A DNA stretch of 64,000 bases, taken from NCBI GenBank assembly GCA_964036045.1, contig OZ038378.1:24428001-24492000 (forward strand), in the 5' to 3' direction. The translations under genes and the position numbers were made by a program. Positions 39,665 through 50,659 of the stretch are shown here, piece after piece (positions within the stretch are counted from its first letter, which is position 1; each line of letters starts with the position of its first letter). Origin of the DNA: Eutreptiella sp. 'Long Island Sound 2002' (Eukaryota > Protista > Euglenida). A model generated the notes under the pieces. The model was not told where the DNA came from and ran no database searches. It saw only the letters and a program-made list of their open reading frames with translations.

Positions 39665-41610
39665 TCATTCTTCTTCCATGTACTGACCACACACCCGCAG
39701 AAAGACATGCTGCTCTCCGGAAAACTTCTGGCCCGTCAATTTCTCAACGGCCTCTGCGTGTGCCTGGTTCGCAGGTGAAAGGCGGATCTCAGAAGACTTG
39801 CGCCTGTCATGTACAATGACCTTCCAGAACTCATCACATTTCTGTTGGTCGTGGCGCAGGTTACCAGTGTACCCCTGAGGCACCTCAAAACGTTTCTTGT
39901 TGATGTACAAGGCTTCACGACTTTGCGATGTCCCTGGCTGGGTATTCACCTGTGCAGCTGAGCGCAGGGACGTTTTTGGGCCTGTAGCTTCTTTGTCGGA
40001 GTCTGGATACAAAGGGTCCTCTGATGCACTATCAGAACTTGGAATGCTATGAAAAGCAGCCCATGCAGATGCCTCAGTAAGAAACACATCTGCAATGGAA
40101 TGAGAACTGGGTCAGTCTGCCACTTGATCGTGCACTCAGAGCCCTCCACCGCGAGCACCTTACCCCAATGCAAAAAACCCTTGTCCCCTGTACGCAAGTG
40201 GTGAGTGAACACTGCACACACTTTGTCGCCCTTTGAGGCTTTGCGATGCAAATCCTTAGGCACTGACTTGACTGATGGACCGTGCAACGGAGAGGAGGGG
40301 GATGGGCTGGGTTTTGGAACTTGTGCAGGGCCATGCTCCAGGGGAGGGGAAGGGGATGGGCTGGGTTCTGTGACTGGGGCAGAAGCATGCTCCAGGGAAG
40401 GGGAAGGGGGTGGGCTGGGTTCTGAGACTTGGGCAGGGGCATGTTCCAATGCGGAGGGAGTGGATGGGCTGCGTTCTGGGGCTTGGGCAGGGGACGCGTG
40501 GTTCGTTTTGGGTCTCTTTCCACAAATGCGCTGCATTTGTGCTGTCATCGTGGCAAACAAATGCTTCAACGGTGCCCGAACCTTCGCGTAAGGTGGTCGG
40601 ACATATTCCAAAGGGACCAATCCTTGGCACTTTCTGCCCACCACTTTGACTTGTACCCAATGAAATGTTTGGGGGACTCCATGCATTTCCGCAAGCCTCA
40701 GTTGGGTGTTCACGCGGACCGAGGCAACGGCACCTGTTACTCCGGACAACGTTTCATCTACCGTATCAGAACTAGTCATCGCTGCCTCCCTCAAGCATGC
40801 CCGGACCTGCCCGACGAAATCGGCAGCCATCGGTGGCAATACCAATGCTCCCGGATCTGTCCCTATTTCAGTGCGTGCCAAGAGGCATATATAGCCAAGG
40901 GAGTGGTACCCACAGGTCCAATTGTCGCCTACGGGTTGATGCCCGAGTGCTTTGGCTGGCACTTCAATATCATTCACCTTACAAGAGTCCAAGAAACTGG
41001 ACATGTACTCATTGGTGGCTTTGGGATCCCATGCAAACACAATAAAGCCCGCCTGCCGGACCTTACGGCCGTCAAAGGCAACCACAAACCAATGACAGCC
41101 CTGCTACGAACCACGCTCTACGTCATGGGCCTCGGAATTCACCAACATGAAGTGGCGCCGCTGCAACCAATTGGACTTCCTGGCATTGGCCTCCGTCATT
41201 TCTCGGTGCCGCATAATGGCCCGCACAAGGTAGTTCCATGCCAGCGGCTCGTCCACAACGTTGAGGTACGCCCGCTCTGCCAAGAAGGTGATCACATGCT
41301 TATCCTGCAACCACTCGTTGTCATGCGGGTAGGACACGGGCGCGCTTGCAGCCACAACGGATCGTTTTTGTCCTTGCTTTTGGGCACGTTGAGGCCGTCC
41401 TGTGTCATGCAGAGAAAGGGATGGGGCTTGTAGGCTGTTGGCATACCAAGAATTTTTGCCTTTTAGTCTGATGCTTGCCATAGGTCCCGCAGTCCAAATT
41501 TCTGCACCTATCCGCCCTTGGTGGCATACTAGGAAGTTTTGCTTTTTAGTCTGATGCTTGCCATAGGTCCCGGGGTCACGATTTCTGCACCTATCCGGCC
41601 CTGCTGGCAT
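39665..41610 (-). pseudogene. MULE cargo or C-terminal region: Cys/His repeats, Ulp1/C48 cysteine protease, SH3-like and Tudor-like domains
   Basis: WLQDKHV..., GCHWFVVAF, FAWDP and QPVGDNWTCG give the Ulp1 H/D/Q/C catalytic order. WVQVKVVGRKCQGLVPLEYV is SH3-like. GDKVCAVF..HWGKVLAVEGSECTIKW is Tudor-like. One in-frame TAG at 41104-41106 and a frameshift at about 40110. Confidence 0.75.
40280..40490 (-). repeat. 54-bp (18-aa, LEHxPAQVxxPSPxPSP) in-frame tandem repeat
   Basis: 3-4 copies visible in ORF 39946..41085. Confidence 0.85.
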
Positions 41611-41648
41611 TCAAAGAATGATTCTTCGTCTGATGCTTGCCATACATC

Positions 41649-43697
41649 CTAGGGTCTCGAATACCGGCACAAACAACACAAACCTGGTGTGGGTCGCATC
41701 TCCGTCAATGGGACTGTGGCCTCTTCCTCTGCGGGCCTGGCCTTGTGTGGCGTCCGTAGGTTGCGTGGTGGATGTTGCTGGTATCCCATTCGGCGGGCTT
41801 CACGGATCCGTACGATGTCCCACTCTCCGTGTTGACCTTGTTCTTGTGCCCAAAAGACATGCCAACATGAAGCATACTGCCAAAACTCCGGGCAAAAGCA
41901 ATGCATTGCGTTGAACCGCCTGTACTGCTGCAACAATTTGCAAGCAGCCGCATCCAAGGGGCCTGCATCAAGCGCCGCCTGCAAAGCGGTCGTCTCCTCC
42001 GCAGTAATGGTCTGCGGGACTCCATCCACTGACGCCTTTGCGAACCAGTAACCACCGGCAAACTGCATGTGTTCAGTTTTCGCCAAGCGCATGCGTTTCA
42101 GCTGCAGAGCGTTGGGGTACAAGCCAGCCACAGGCGTGGTGCGGTCTTTCGACCAATTGTGGACCATGCGCTTGGCCCATTTGAAGAAAGGGATGAGGCG
42201 CCGCCGTTCATGCCGAGTCCAAATGCGCTTCACGGAAGAATTTATGCCCTCTTGATGATTGTTTGTGGTTGGGTACCCGGCGAGCAATGTGGCAATGCAC
42301 CATGATGTGCCCAAATACTCCTTCCGGAAAGCCTCGGTGAACTTTTCGGGAACGCCTTGGGAAACCCACTCTGTAATAGCCTCTCCCTTCTTGTCGTGGT
42401 GCACTTGTGGGGACGGCAAATTGGCCAATTCTCGTAACGTTGCCATGACGGCAGGGTTAAAAGATCCCAAAAGGGTTGCCTTATCGCGAACAATCTTCGC
42501 AACATGAAAATAACAGTCGGCCACCCTCATCCCGGGGAACTCTGCGGCGAGCACATCCCGAAAGGCACCAGCATGATCCGCCATCCCCTTTGTTGGGCAC
42601 CAAGGAAACCCATCCTTTTGCACCTCCTCGTGCACTGCCTTCAAGAACGGTGCGGTGACTGCTTTCCGCTCTGATGTTGCTATGCAAACAGCGATGGGCA
42701 ACAAATGGTGTGCGACGTCACACGTACCCAGGACTTGCATGGTGAAGCCCTCTACCGTGATGGAGAACTGCCCGTCGATGGACAAGAAATCCTCCCCACG
42801 GCCCCTGCGGGCGTTTCGAATCAGGTTCGGCGTCGAGAAGCAAGTCAAGAAGGTGGATCCGTCATCTGCAATGGATTTCTTGAAGCAATACGGCGAATCG
42901 TCATCAATTCGCTCCTCTTCCAGCTCGTTGATCCATTTCTCAAGCTCTGCCTTGGTACTAGGGGGCGGGAGGGCCCGCCGTGCATTCCAAATGGCGATCC
43001 ACTTTGCCGACATTTTGCCTACCACAGGGTCACCAGGGAATGCTTCCCGCATCAAAACCAGAGCCCGTTGTGGACAATTGCCTTGCAAAAGATCCTTGAG
43101 CTTAAGGGTCATGGGCAACGGCAAATGGAGAGACGTACCCTCCAAGTATGACGAATGTGTCCCATGCTCACAAAGGCCGATTTGTTTGATGGTCCACCGC
43201 CCACCCACCTGGTCATGTCGCACGTACCGCTTGGTGTCACAACCCTCACAAGAACATGCGTACATGTTTTGCCGACCAGGAATGGACACGAAACGCCCAT
43301 CCACTGTGCGAGCGGCATCCCTGGCTACCTTCTGAGTTGTGAAGACTTGTCCATGCAAAGGTGCAAACTCTACATCTGGGTCTTCAACGGTGGCCTCGGT
43401 GGAATTGTTGTTTGCCGAACCCGCAGTGGAACCGTTGTCTAGCGAACCGGAAGGGGCTTGACCAGGGCCTTGACCAGTGGCAGGGCTGGGGGGGACAGTG
43501 GGGGGACGCGGTGGGTCTTCAGCAGCTACACTCAGCGTCCGTCCAGCAGGCCGGGGACCTTTCAGGATGATGTGGAAACATGTTGTGCAAATAGTTGGGC
43601 ACCGTGGGTACATTGCAACAGCAGCACGCTGGAGAGCGTCGCCCAGTTCGGCCACTGACACAGTTGCATCTGCCCCACAAACACACTTGTCAGGCAT
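41649..43697 (-). CDS. MULE transposase with WRKY/FLYWCH-like Zn finger and SWIM domain
   Basis: 682-aa open ORF: CSCEGC..EHGTH; FLSIDGQF (D1); GMADHAGA (D2); CYFH; TTNNHQEGINS (E); HCFCPEFWQYASCWH (SWIM). Confidence 0.92.
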   Translation of the reverse strand: MPDKCVCGADATVSVAELGDALQRAAVAMYPRCPTICTTCFHIILKGPRPAGRTLSVAAEDPPRPPTVPPSPATGQGPGQAPSGSLDNGSTAGSANNNSTEATVEDPDVEFAPLHGQVFTTQKVARDAARTVDGRFVSIPGRQNMYACSCEGCDTKRYVRHDQVGGRWTIKQIGLCEHGTHSSYLEGTSLHLPLPMTLKLKDLLQGNCPQRALVLMREAFPGDPVVGKMSAKWIAIWNARRALPPPSTKAELEKWINELEEERIDDDSPYCFKKSIADDGSTFLTCFSTPNLIRNARRGRGEDFLSIDGQFSITVEGFTMQVLGTCDVAHHLLPIAVCIATSERKAVTAPFLKAVHEEVQKDGFPWCPTKGMADHAGAFRDVLAAEFPGMRVADCYFHVAKIVRDKATLLGSFNPAVMATLRELANLPSPQVHHDKKGEAITEWVSQGVPEKFTEAFRKEYLGTSWCIATLLAGYPTTNNHQEGINSSVKRIWTRHERRRLIPFFKWAKRMVHNWSKDRTTPVAGLYPNALQLKRMRLAKTEHMQFAGGYWFAKASVDGVPQTITAEETTALQAALDAGPLDAAACKLLQQYRRFNAMHCFCPEFWQYASCWHVFWAQEQGQHGEWDIVRIREARRMGYQQHPPRNLRTPHKARPAEEEATVPLTEMRPTPGLCCLCRYSRP

Positions 43698-44120
43698 GGG
43701 TTGTGGACACTGGAGTGAAAGGGGGGCAATCAGTGCAGCAAATTGTCAAGCATGGGTGTGAAAGGCAAGAAAGAAAGGGGGGCAGGGGGGTAGGAGTGAG
43801 ACATTTGTTCCAGCTACCAGCATGTAGTCCCTTCCTCGATCTTGAGACGTCGGTTCCGCTGAGACTTGAAATTGTGCCCCTGGGCTCTGGCCAACATGGT
43901 TGAGTGCCCTACTTCAGAAAAATCCAGGCATTACCTATGATCCGTTCAAATGACCTCTCTGCATAGGTCCCCCAGCGAAGGGACACCCCTGTTCTCTGAG
44001 CAGATGACATTGTGCACATGGGCTCTGGCAAAGGTGGCTGAGTACCCTACTTTACAACATTTAGACATTACCTGTGATCCTCTCCGATGGACTCTCTGCA
44101 TAGGCCCCCCAGGTCCAAAG

Positions 44121-45352
44121 TAGGGATGCAGGTTCGAATTCGCACGAATTCGCTCGAATTCGAATTCGCCCCGAATTCGCACGAATTCGTGGACCACTCC
44201 GAACTCGATTTCGCAACTTCAAATTCGAATCCTCCGTGATTCGCTTGCTTGAATCCATAGGCACCTACAATTTACCTTCTAGGTTGCAATTCACCTGTTT
44301 ACATATGGGTATGCCACTACCCAGTACCATATCGCATAAAAGATTTCCCAAAAGCTTCCGTAACCTTGCAATTTTTGTTGTTTGTTGTTGCTTGCATTTA
44401 CCCTGCTGAAACGATTTGACGATTTGACAAAAATAAAGCAAATCAAAACCAAGAATTCCAAAGTTCCTTGCTTCTTTCAAATGCCTTTTGGAAAAGAAGC
44501 AGCAACGAAGCATGCAAGATCACCAGTCCACACACAAACCATCACATGTGAACCACTTGTTGCCCTTATTGGGCCTTCATTCAATGCATTCTTGAATTGA
44601 ATCGTTGGACTTGAAGTAATCTAAGAGAGAGCATACACGGCACCGGGAAAGGTAAGGAGGGTACCGCTGTCAAGGATACGCAAGGGCTACAAGGGGCTAT
44701 GTACATAGCTTATAGGGAGGTTGGAGCAGGTGCGCTGGCTGGGTGCAGCTCCGTGCACGTCATTAGCTCCGTGCACATCGTTGTGGGTGCCCAGGGCCTC
44801 ACTGCGGCTGCGTCGGGCTGCTGTCGGCTGCTTCTCCTTCCACACACGCCCGACAGTGCGTGGTTGCCAAGGGGCAACACGTTTTGACTGTCAAAAATTA
44901 GAAAAAAAAAGTCGAAAATCAAAAGTTCGGGACGGGTTTCTCTCCAAACTGGTGGACTTCTGGGGAGAATGGAGGGTACCGCCGTGTTTGGTGGAGCTAG
45001 GCGGACACAGCGGTGTGTTCAAAACTCAAAAGTAAATTTTGTTTTCGAAAACGGGTACGCAGGCACCGGACAAGAAAATCAACGGCTCAATCGAAGCGGA
45101 ATCATCATAGTTTTCATTTTTTCAAGTCAAAAAAATTATTGCACTGCACAGTTCAAAGTTAGTTTTTCATCTGGAGAAAAGACGGTGCACGTGTGATCAT
45201 TTTGCCGTCGCCTGCGAATTCGCAGCGCGAATTCGCCCCGAATTCGCAGTACTAAGAACTTCAGGCCGAATTCGCAGCGAATTTGCTCTGCGAACGAAAT
45301 CGCAGCGAATTCAGCGAATTCAAATTGAATTCGCTGCGAATCCGCATCCCTA
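44121..45352. mobile_element. Non-autonomous hAT (Ac-like) element, 1232 bp
   Basis: TIR TAGGGATGC...GCATCCCTA; 8-bp TSD GTCCAAAG at 44113-44120 and 45353-45360; dense subterminal GAATTCG(C) repeats at both ends; no transposase. Confidence 0.92.
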
Positions 45353-48300
45353 GTCCAAAGGGATACCCCTGTTGTGAAACACAAGTTCTGCGTAATGCAC
45401 CGAAAACCTTCCACATTCATGACATCCCTGCATAGGGTACCTCCTCACCGCATGCAGCAGGCAACAAGGAAAGAGGGCCACTGGGTGCATATTGGGTCAG
45501 TCCCGAAACCCAGGTTCCCCTACTGTATGAAGTTGTGAACATGGGCAGGGGTTGGCTTGATGCAGTAGCACTCCTTGTAAGCCCCCCCGTGCAACTTTTT
45601 GAGACATACATGATGATCATGTAAAAATCTTTTTTAGCACGGAACCTTTTTTTTCTAGCGCGGAATCTTTTTTTTTAGCGCAGAATCTTCTTTTTTAGCG
45701 CGAAATCTTTTTTTTTATGCTAAAAAATAAGATAAGTGCTAAAAACTAAGATTTCGCATCTAAAAAAAAAGATTGGACCCTCTTGGCTCCCCATTCCTGT
45801 CTGGAGGAACGAAGTGCACTGGGTTCTGTTGAGTACAACCCACAAGGTCCGCCGCGCAAGTGTCCACCATGTGCAATGCATCACATGTACTCTTTTTTTT
45901 TAACACGTGCGGACTTGCCCATGCAGGGGTATCGCCGCTACAGAATGAATTAATGAATAAATGAATGCTGGATGGTCTCAAATTTCGCGTTGTCACCTCA
46001 ATCATGCATGTCATCTGGATTTTGCTGCCGCGGTATTGCAATGGCACTTATGAGTTATTTGTAGTCGGTCTTTTCATGCATCTTGCTGTTGTGGTGCATG
46101 GGGTGTGCACAATTAAGGGGAGTGGGGTACAGCTCAGGCGAATGGTGTTGCCGAACAACCAGTGGAACCTAATTGAAGCAGAGGCAATGTTATTGCTGCA
46201 ACGCATTGGGTAGCCATTTGCTACTGACATGTGCACCCTGATGGAGGGTTTTGTTGTTCTATTGTTTTTGCTTTTTTTTTTGTATGTTGAATTTTTTTTT
46301 GTGGTTAAGAGCCTTGTTGTGGTGTAGTGTCATTGATTATCATTGACCTGTCATGAACCACAATCTGGGGGTTGGCAATGTGGGCGGCTGTTGGATACCG
46401 GCCTGGCCAGTACAGACGCTATCCGGTGCAACAAATATGGGCAGCTGTAAGGAAGCGAGTAGTTAGTTCTGAGATGCTGTTTTGGGGTGTCTTCATGGCG
46501 CCTTTCAGTTTGTGGTGCAATGGGGGAACCAGTGTCGGCAGAAGGAATCTCTTTGTACAGTGATGAGCTGGAGTGTTTGAATCCCATCTGGAGTCGTTCT
46601 TAGAGAGGGAGTTAAAGGTTGTGAATGAAGTCAATGACAAGCAACAGTATGCATGAAAAAAGATCACCATGGCACAATGGCGAGCAGCGATTTCGGTGCT
46701 GGATATTGTAGTTTGCAGCTACATGTGGTCACAGTTTCCAAACAGGTCATTTTTAGTTTGATAGGGGCAGGTGGCATTTTCGAAGACAAGCAATGAACCA
46801 GAGGCATGGTGTAGATATGGCAGAAATGAAAATACTCCGTTGGCATATGGTCTCAATGTTAACATGATGCCTACCCCAAAAAACCCACTTTGGACCCAGA
46901 AAACCCCCGTTCTGTCGCAAAATGTACCCACTTTGTACACTTTGGAGGTTTTTGGTTTTTTTTTTGGTACATCTCGGGGGCGGTACAAATCTGGGGGTTC
47001 CAAGTACGCATGTGGGGTTTTTCAGTGCATGTTGTCTGGTTTTTGTCGGACGCTTTCTGGTAGCTTTTTGAATATTCCAGGCAGGGTGTTGGTCGTGGGC
47101 TTAAAACCACCCCCAATTCGGGGATAAAACCACCCCCAACCTCCGCTTTTGCCATTTTTGACCCCCTGGGTGGTTATATGCCACCAAAAAGTGGGCATAA
47201 AAATACCCGGGGTGGTTTTTATCATCCATTTGGGGGTGGTGTGATGCCCAGGACCAGGCAGGGTGTTGGGTGCATGTTGAGAACCATCAACTCCCCCACC
47301 CCCGCCAATGGTATGCCCAGGTCTACTTGTGGTACATCTTGGTGGTCTATTCCGGAGAAGGTGAGGGAATGAAAGGTCACTGAAGCACATGTGATTGTAC
47401 ACTTAGCGTTTTGCTTCACAATGCTCATTCCATCCGTTTTGTGGGAGAAGCTGGGTTGGTGCGGGGGTGAATTGCCGTTTGGTTTCGGGATGTCGGGCAA
47501 GGCTAGGTCTCAGAGGGCAGCATAACAAAGGACGCCAACGGCTGCAATAGAAAGTTTTGACCCCCTAAAGGACGCAGGTAGGGGTGCCCTAGAAGGAAGG
47601 GGGGGGTTTGAGTCATGGAAAGGAGTGGCTTTTCCTATTGGACGGACCTAAAAGTTGTAAAAAGTGTTGGAAAGGAGGTAGTCAGACTTCTCTAAGAAAG
47701 CCCGGCGTAGGGCCTTTTTTGCACAAGAGGGTCAACCAAGTGTCTTTCCGGTACAAACAGGTGTGCAAGTGGAGCATACATGAGGAAGCCAGGTGGGTTT
47801 CACGCAGAGAGGGTTTTTTTGTTGCCGTTGGTTTGGTTAGGTATCGTTTTAGGCGAGGTGCGCATGGGGGTTTTTTGTTACAACTGTGACGGGGGGGGCT
47901 TGGATAATTTTTAGGTGTTTTTTTGCTATGTGTCCGTAGGTTTTTTGTGTATTTACCAAAATGTCAAATGTTAGTTCATTGTCTCACTCTGAGGGCTTAT
48001 CATTGCTCTTGCAATGTTCATGAATGTTGGGAAAAAAAAGTTGGAGACTTGATCAATCAAAGTTCTTGTTGAGGTGGGTGGTGTTTTCGGAAAGGCTCAT
48101 GCACAAGAGTCATGGCATTGCCGTTGCAGAAGTGATTATGCTGTACGTTTTGAACTACTTTTACGCCTTGCATATGTGATTAGGCATGATAATGTACAGT
48201 GATGCAATTCTCATTGTACATATGTTGGAGCAATTTGGTCTCCTCAATCTCCGGTTTCTTGTTTTTTTTAGTTACTCTTTTTGTATTTCGACACTAAGCT

Positions 48301-50069
48301 GCATCTTTTGCACCATTGCTTCTTGTTTTATTGTAAAATTGATCATTCGCCAAAAATGCACAACCTACATGCTTCGTCAGTACCTTCAGCATGTGCATTA
48401 CAACTTTTTTTTGCAGGTGGCGCCCAAACCCGCTTGGATTCAATGTCAAATGAATTCACTTCAACACTACAAACTTATATTCTGAAACGCTAGATATTAT
48501 TATAGGGTGTTGTTTTGCCACAACTCCCAAAAAAACAAGCAAGCAAGCACGCACACAATGAAGAACATGACATTGCTATGGTTTTTCCAACTGCGTAACT
48601 TCGCAATGTTTTGCAAAGGTGTATGGCCCAAGTGATGATTGTATGGACCAGGAAATGTGGTACAACAAGTATCGCTCTTTCCACACAACTAGCTCCGATT
48701 ACTTTAGGACAACATTTGCAAGCACTGGGGCCTTACTTCTACTGCCATTCATACCACAAAAACAACTGCCGCTTCAAGGAGCACAATGCTCATAAAATCG
48801 TCTTTGGCAAGCACCAAAGTGCAGTTGATGATGGGCATGGAAAGGTCGTGATCATTTATGCAACGGTTTTCAAGGCCAAGGAGGAAGCGTAATTGGACAA
48901 TTCGTGAACTATTTGCATTTTCGTTGTTTGAGTCAAGTGGCGGCCTTTAAAATTTAAGAATGCAATCTGTTTTTTACTGATTGGAAGCAGTGCTTTTGCT
49001 TTTAGTGCATAAGACAATACAAACAGATTTGAACCCTTAGTAGAGTAACCAACACTTGGTCTGCTTTACTACTAATAGGAACGGTGGCAGAATTTTGCTT
49101 GTTTGCAAGGCGAAATTGTTTACTTGAAATATGTGCCGTGCAGATCAATCTGCGATGGGACAACCGTCGACAGTACAAAGTGTAGGGCAAAGGCCACAAG
49201 TGCAATACATGTCATTCGGGGACAAGATTTCACTGCTTTCTACTTCTACTTCTGCTTTGCATGACAACTTTTTAAGATGCATCAAAAACCGATTAGGGGT
49301 TGAGAGCCATCCACGCTTTGAATCCAAGCATACAAGCGGCCCGCCAAGTTGTCGTTTTGTTGAAGCTCGTTCGTTAGGTGGCAAGGCATCCCATGGTGCT
49401 GACATATCATCCATAAGCTATACCACCAACAGGCAACGTGATAACTCCAGCAGTACCCATAGTTGCAATAGGAGTTGCACCACCAAAAGTGGCACCACTG
49501 ACCTGCCTCCCAACCCAACCTCCTATCTAGTAAAGCCCCCTGCCGAAATAGCAGTCGAGCTGCAATGCCACCAGAACGCAAACCATTGCCTTCGAAGACA
49601 CATAGTACGCTTGTTGTGCGGCCTCAGCAGTGCAAGCCGATAAAAGCAAAACCCTTTGTCCCTCTACAAAGGGCAGGGATGGTTGCCTCTGTTAGAGAAG
49701 CCGAAGAAGACAAAGGCCGTGCACCTCAACACCTGCCCTTTCCCTAGCGAGCACAAAAGGCGTACCGTCCTTCGGTGCCAATGGCGTCAAGGGACGATGA
49801 CAACAGTAGTTGAAACCGCAAAAGCCGCTCCTTGGGACCAAAGCGTTGTTCGCAAAATCCCAGAACAGCACGGGGGGGGGCGACTCCGCGTGTCCTAGGA
49901 CGCCAACTACCCCTGCCCCCCCCCCCCCCCCCCTAGCGGCCTTCGGCCAACAGTTAGTTGCCAAAGGTGTCGCCCTTAGGCGTCCATGGGCGCCTAAGGC
50001 GCCCGATGCTCCATGAACACCAAAGGTGCCCTAAGGAAAATTTTGTCCAATTTGCACCCCAACACTATC

Positions 50070-50335
50070 CTTAAACCCAACCTTGACTCTAACACCCACC
50101 CCCAACCCTCAGCCTACTCCTATCCCTACACCTAACCCTAACCCTAACCCCAGCCCTAACCCTAGCCCTGGCTCTCACCCTAGGCTAGGGTCAGAGTGAG
50201 TGTTGGGGTCCAAAATGGAGAGCAATGATGTGGCAAAAGCAGCCATGAATGAAATTGGAGGGATCTTGTTCAGCCCAATCAACATGGCTGGCATGGCCAA
50301 ACCAACTGGCTGCAAAGGTTAGGGTTAGGTTTATG
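50070..50335. repeat. Degenerate interstitial telomere-like (CCCTAA)n tract with an opposing (GGTTAG) tract
   Basis: cctaaccctaaccctaaccccagccctaaccctagccc at about 50132-50168; ggttagggttagg at 50317-50329. Confidence 0.7.
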
Positions 50336-50659
50336 GTGATGCTATGGTTAGAGGGAGGGCAAGGGGAGGTAAGGGGAGCCTGTGCCCCCCCCCCAAAAAA
50401 AAAAACAGCCCGAATCACCTCACCTGGACCCCCCCCCCCCACCCTCCCGGAGCCCCCCCCCATCGCCCCTCCTAGACCCCCCCCTCCAATGCCAACCCCC
50501 CCCCCCCAAGGGGCCTCCGGCCAACAGTTAGTTGGGGGGGTAGTTGGCATCCAGAACCGAGGGGTCGCCCCCCCCGGGCAGAACAGCAAGCAGTATGCTT
50601 GGAGAGAAGCGGTAGCAAATGCCCAAAATGTTTCAGCCGTGTATCTATAAAAGGGAGAA

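Larger units (their letters stand above)
38361..45779 (-). mobile_element. Complete MULE/MuDR DNA transposon (7.4 kb including a nested hAT), long imperfect TIRs, 9-bp TSD CTCTTGGCT
   Basis: TSD at 38352-38360 and 45780-45788. Ends GG(ga/tc)(t/c)AATCTTTTTTTTTAGATGCGAAATCTT are inverted. TIRs are about 160-230 bp and built of about 21-bp subrepeats. Confidence 0.9.

Noticed and set aside
47600-49700. Possible minus-strand Penelope-like RT remnants (RPPL, YRKDT)
   Set aside because: Too decayed; the motifs are short and not in a verifiable frame.
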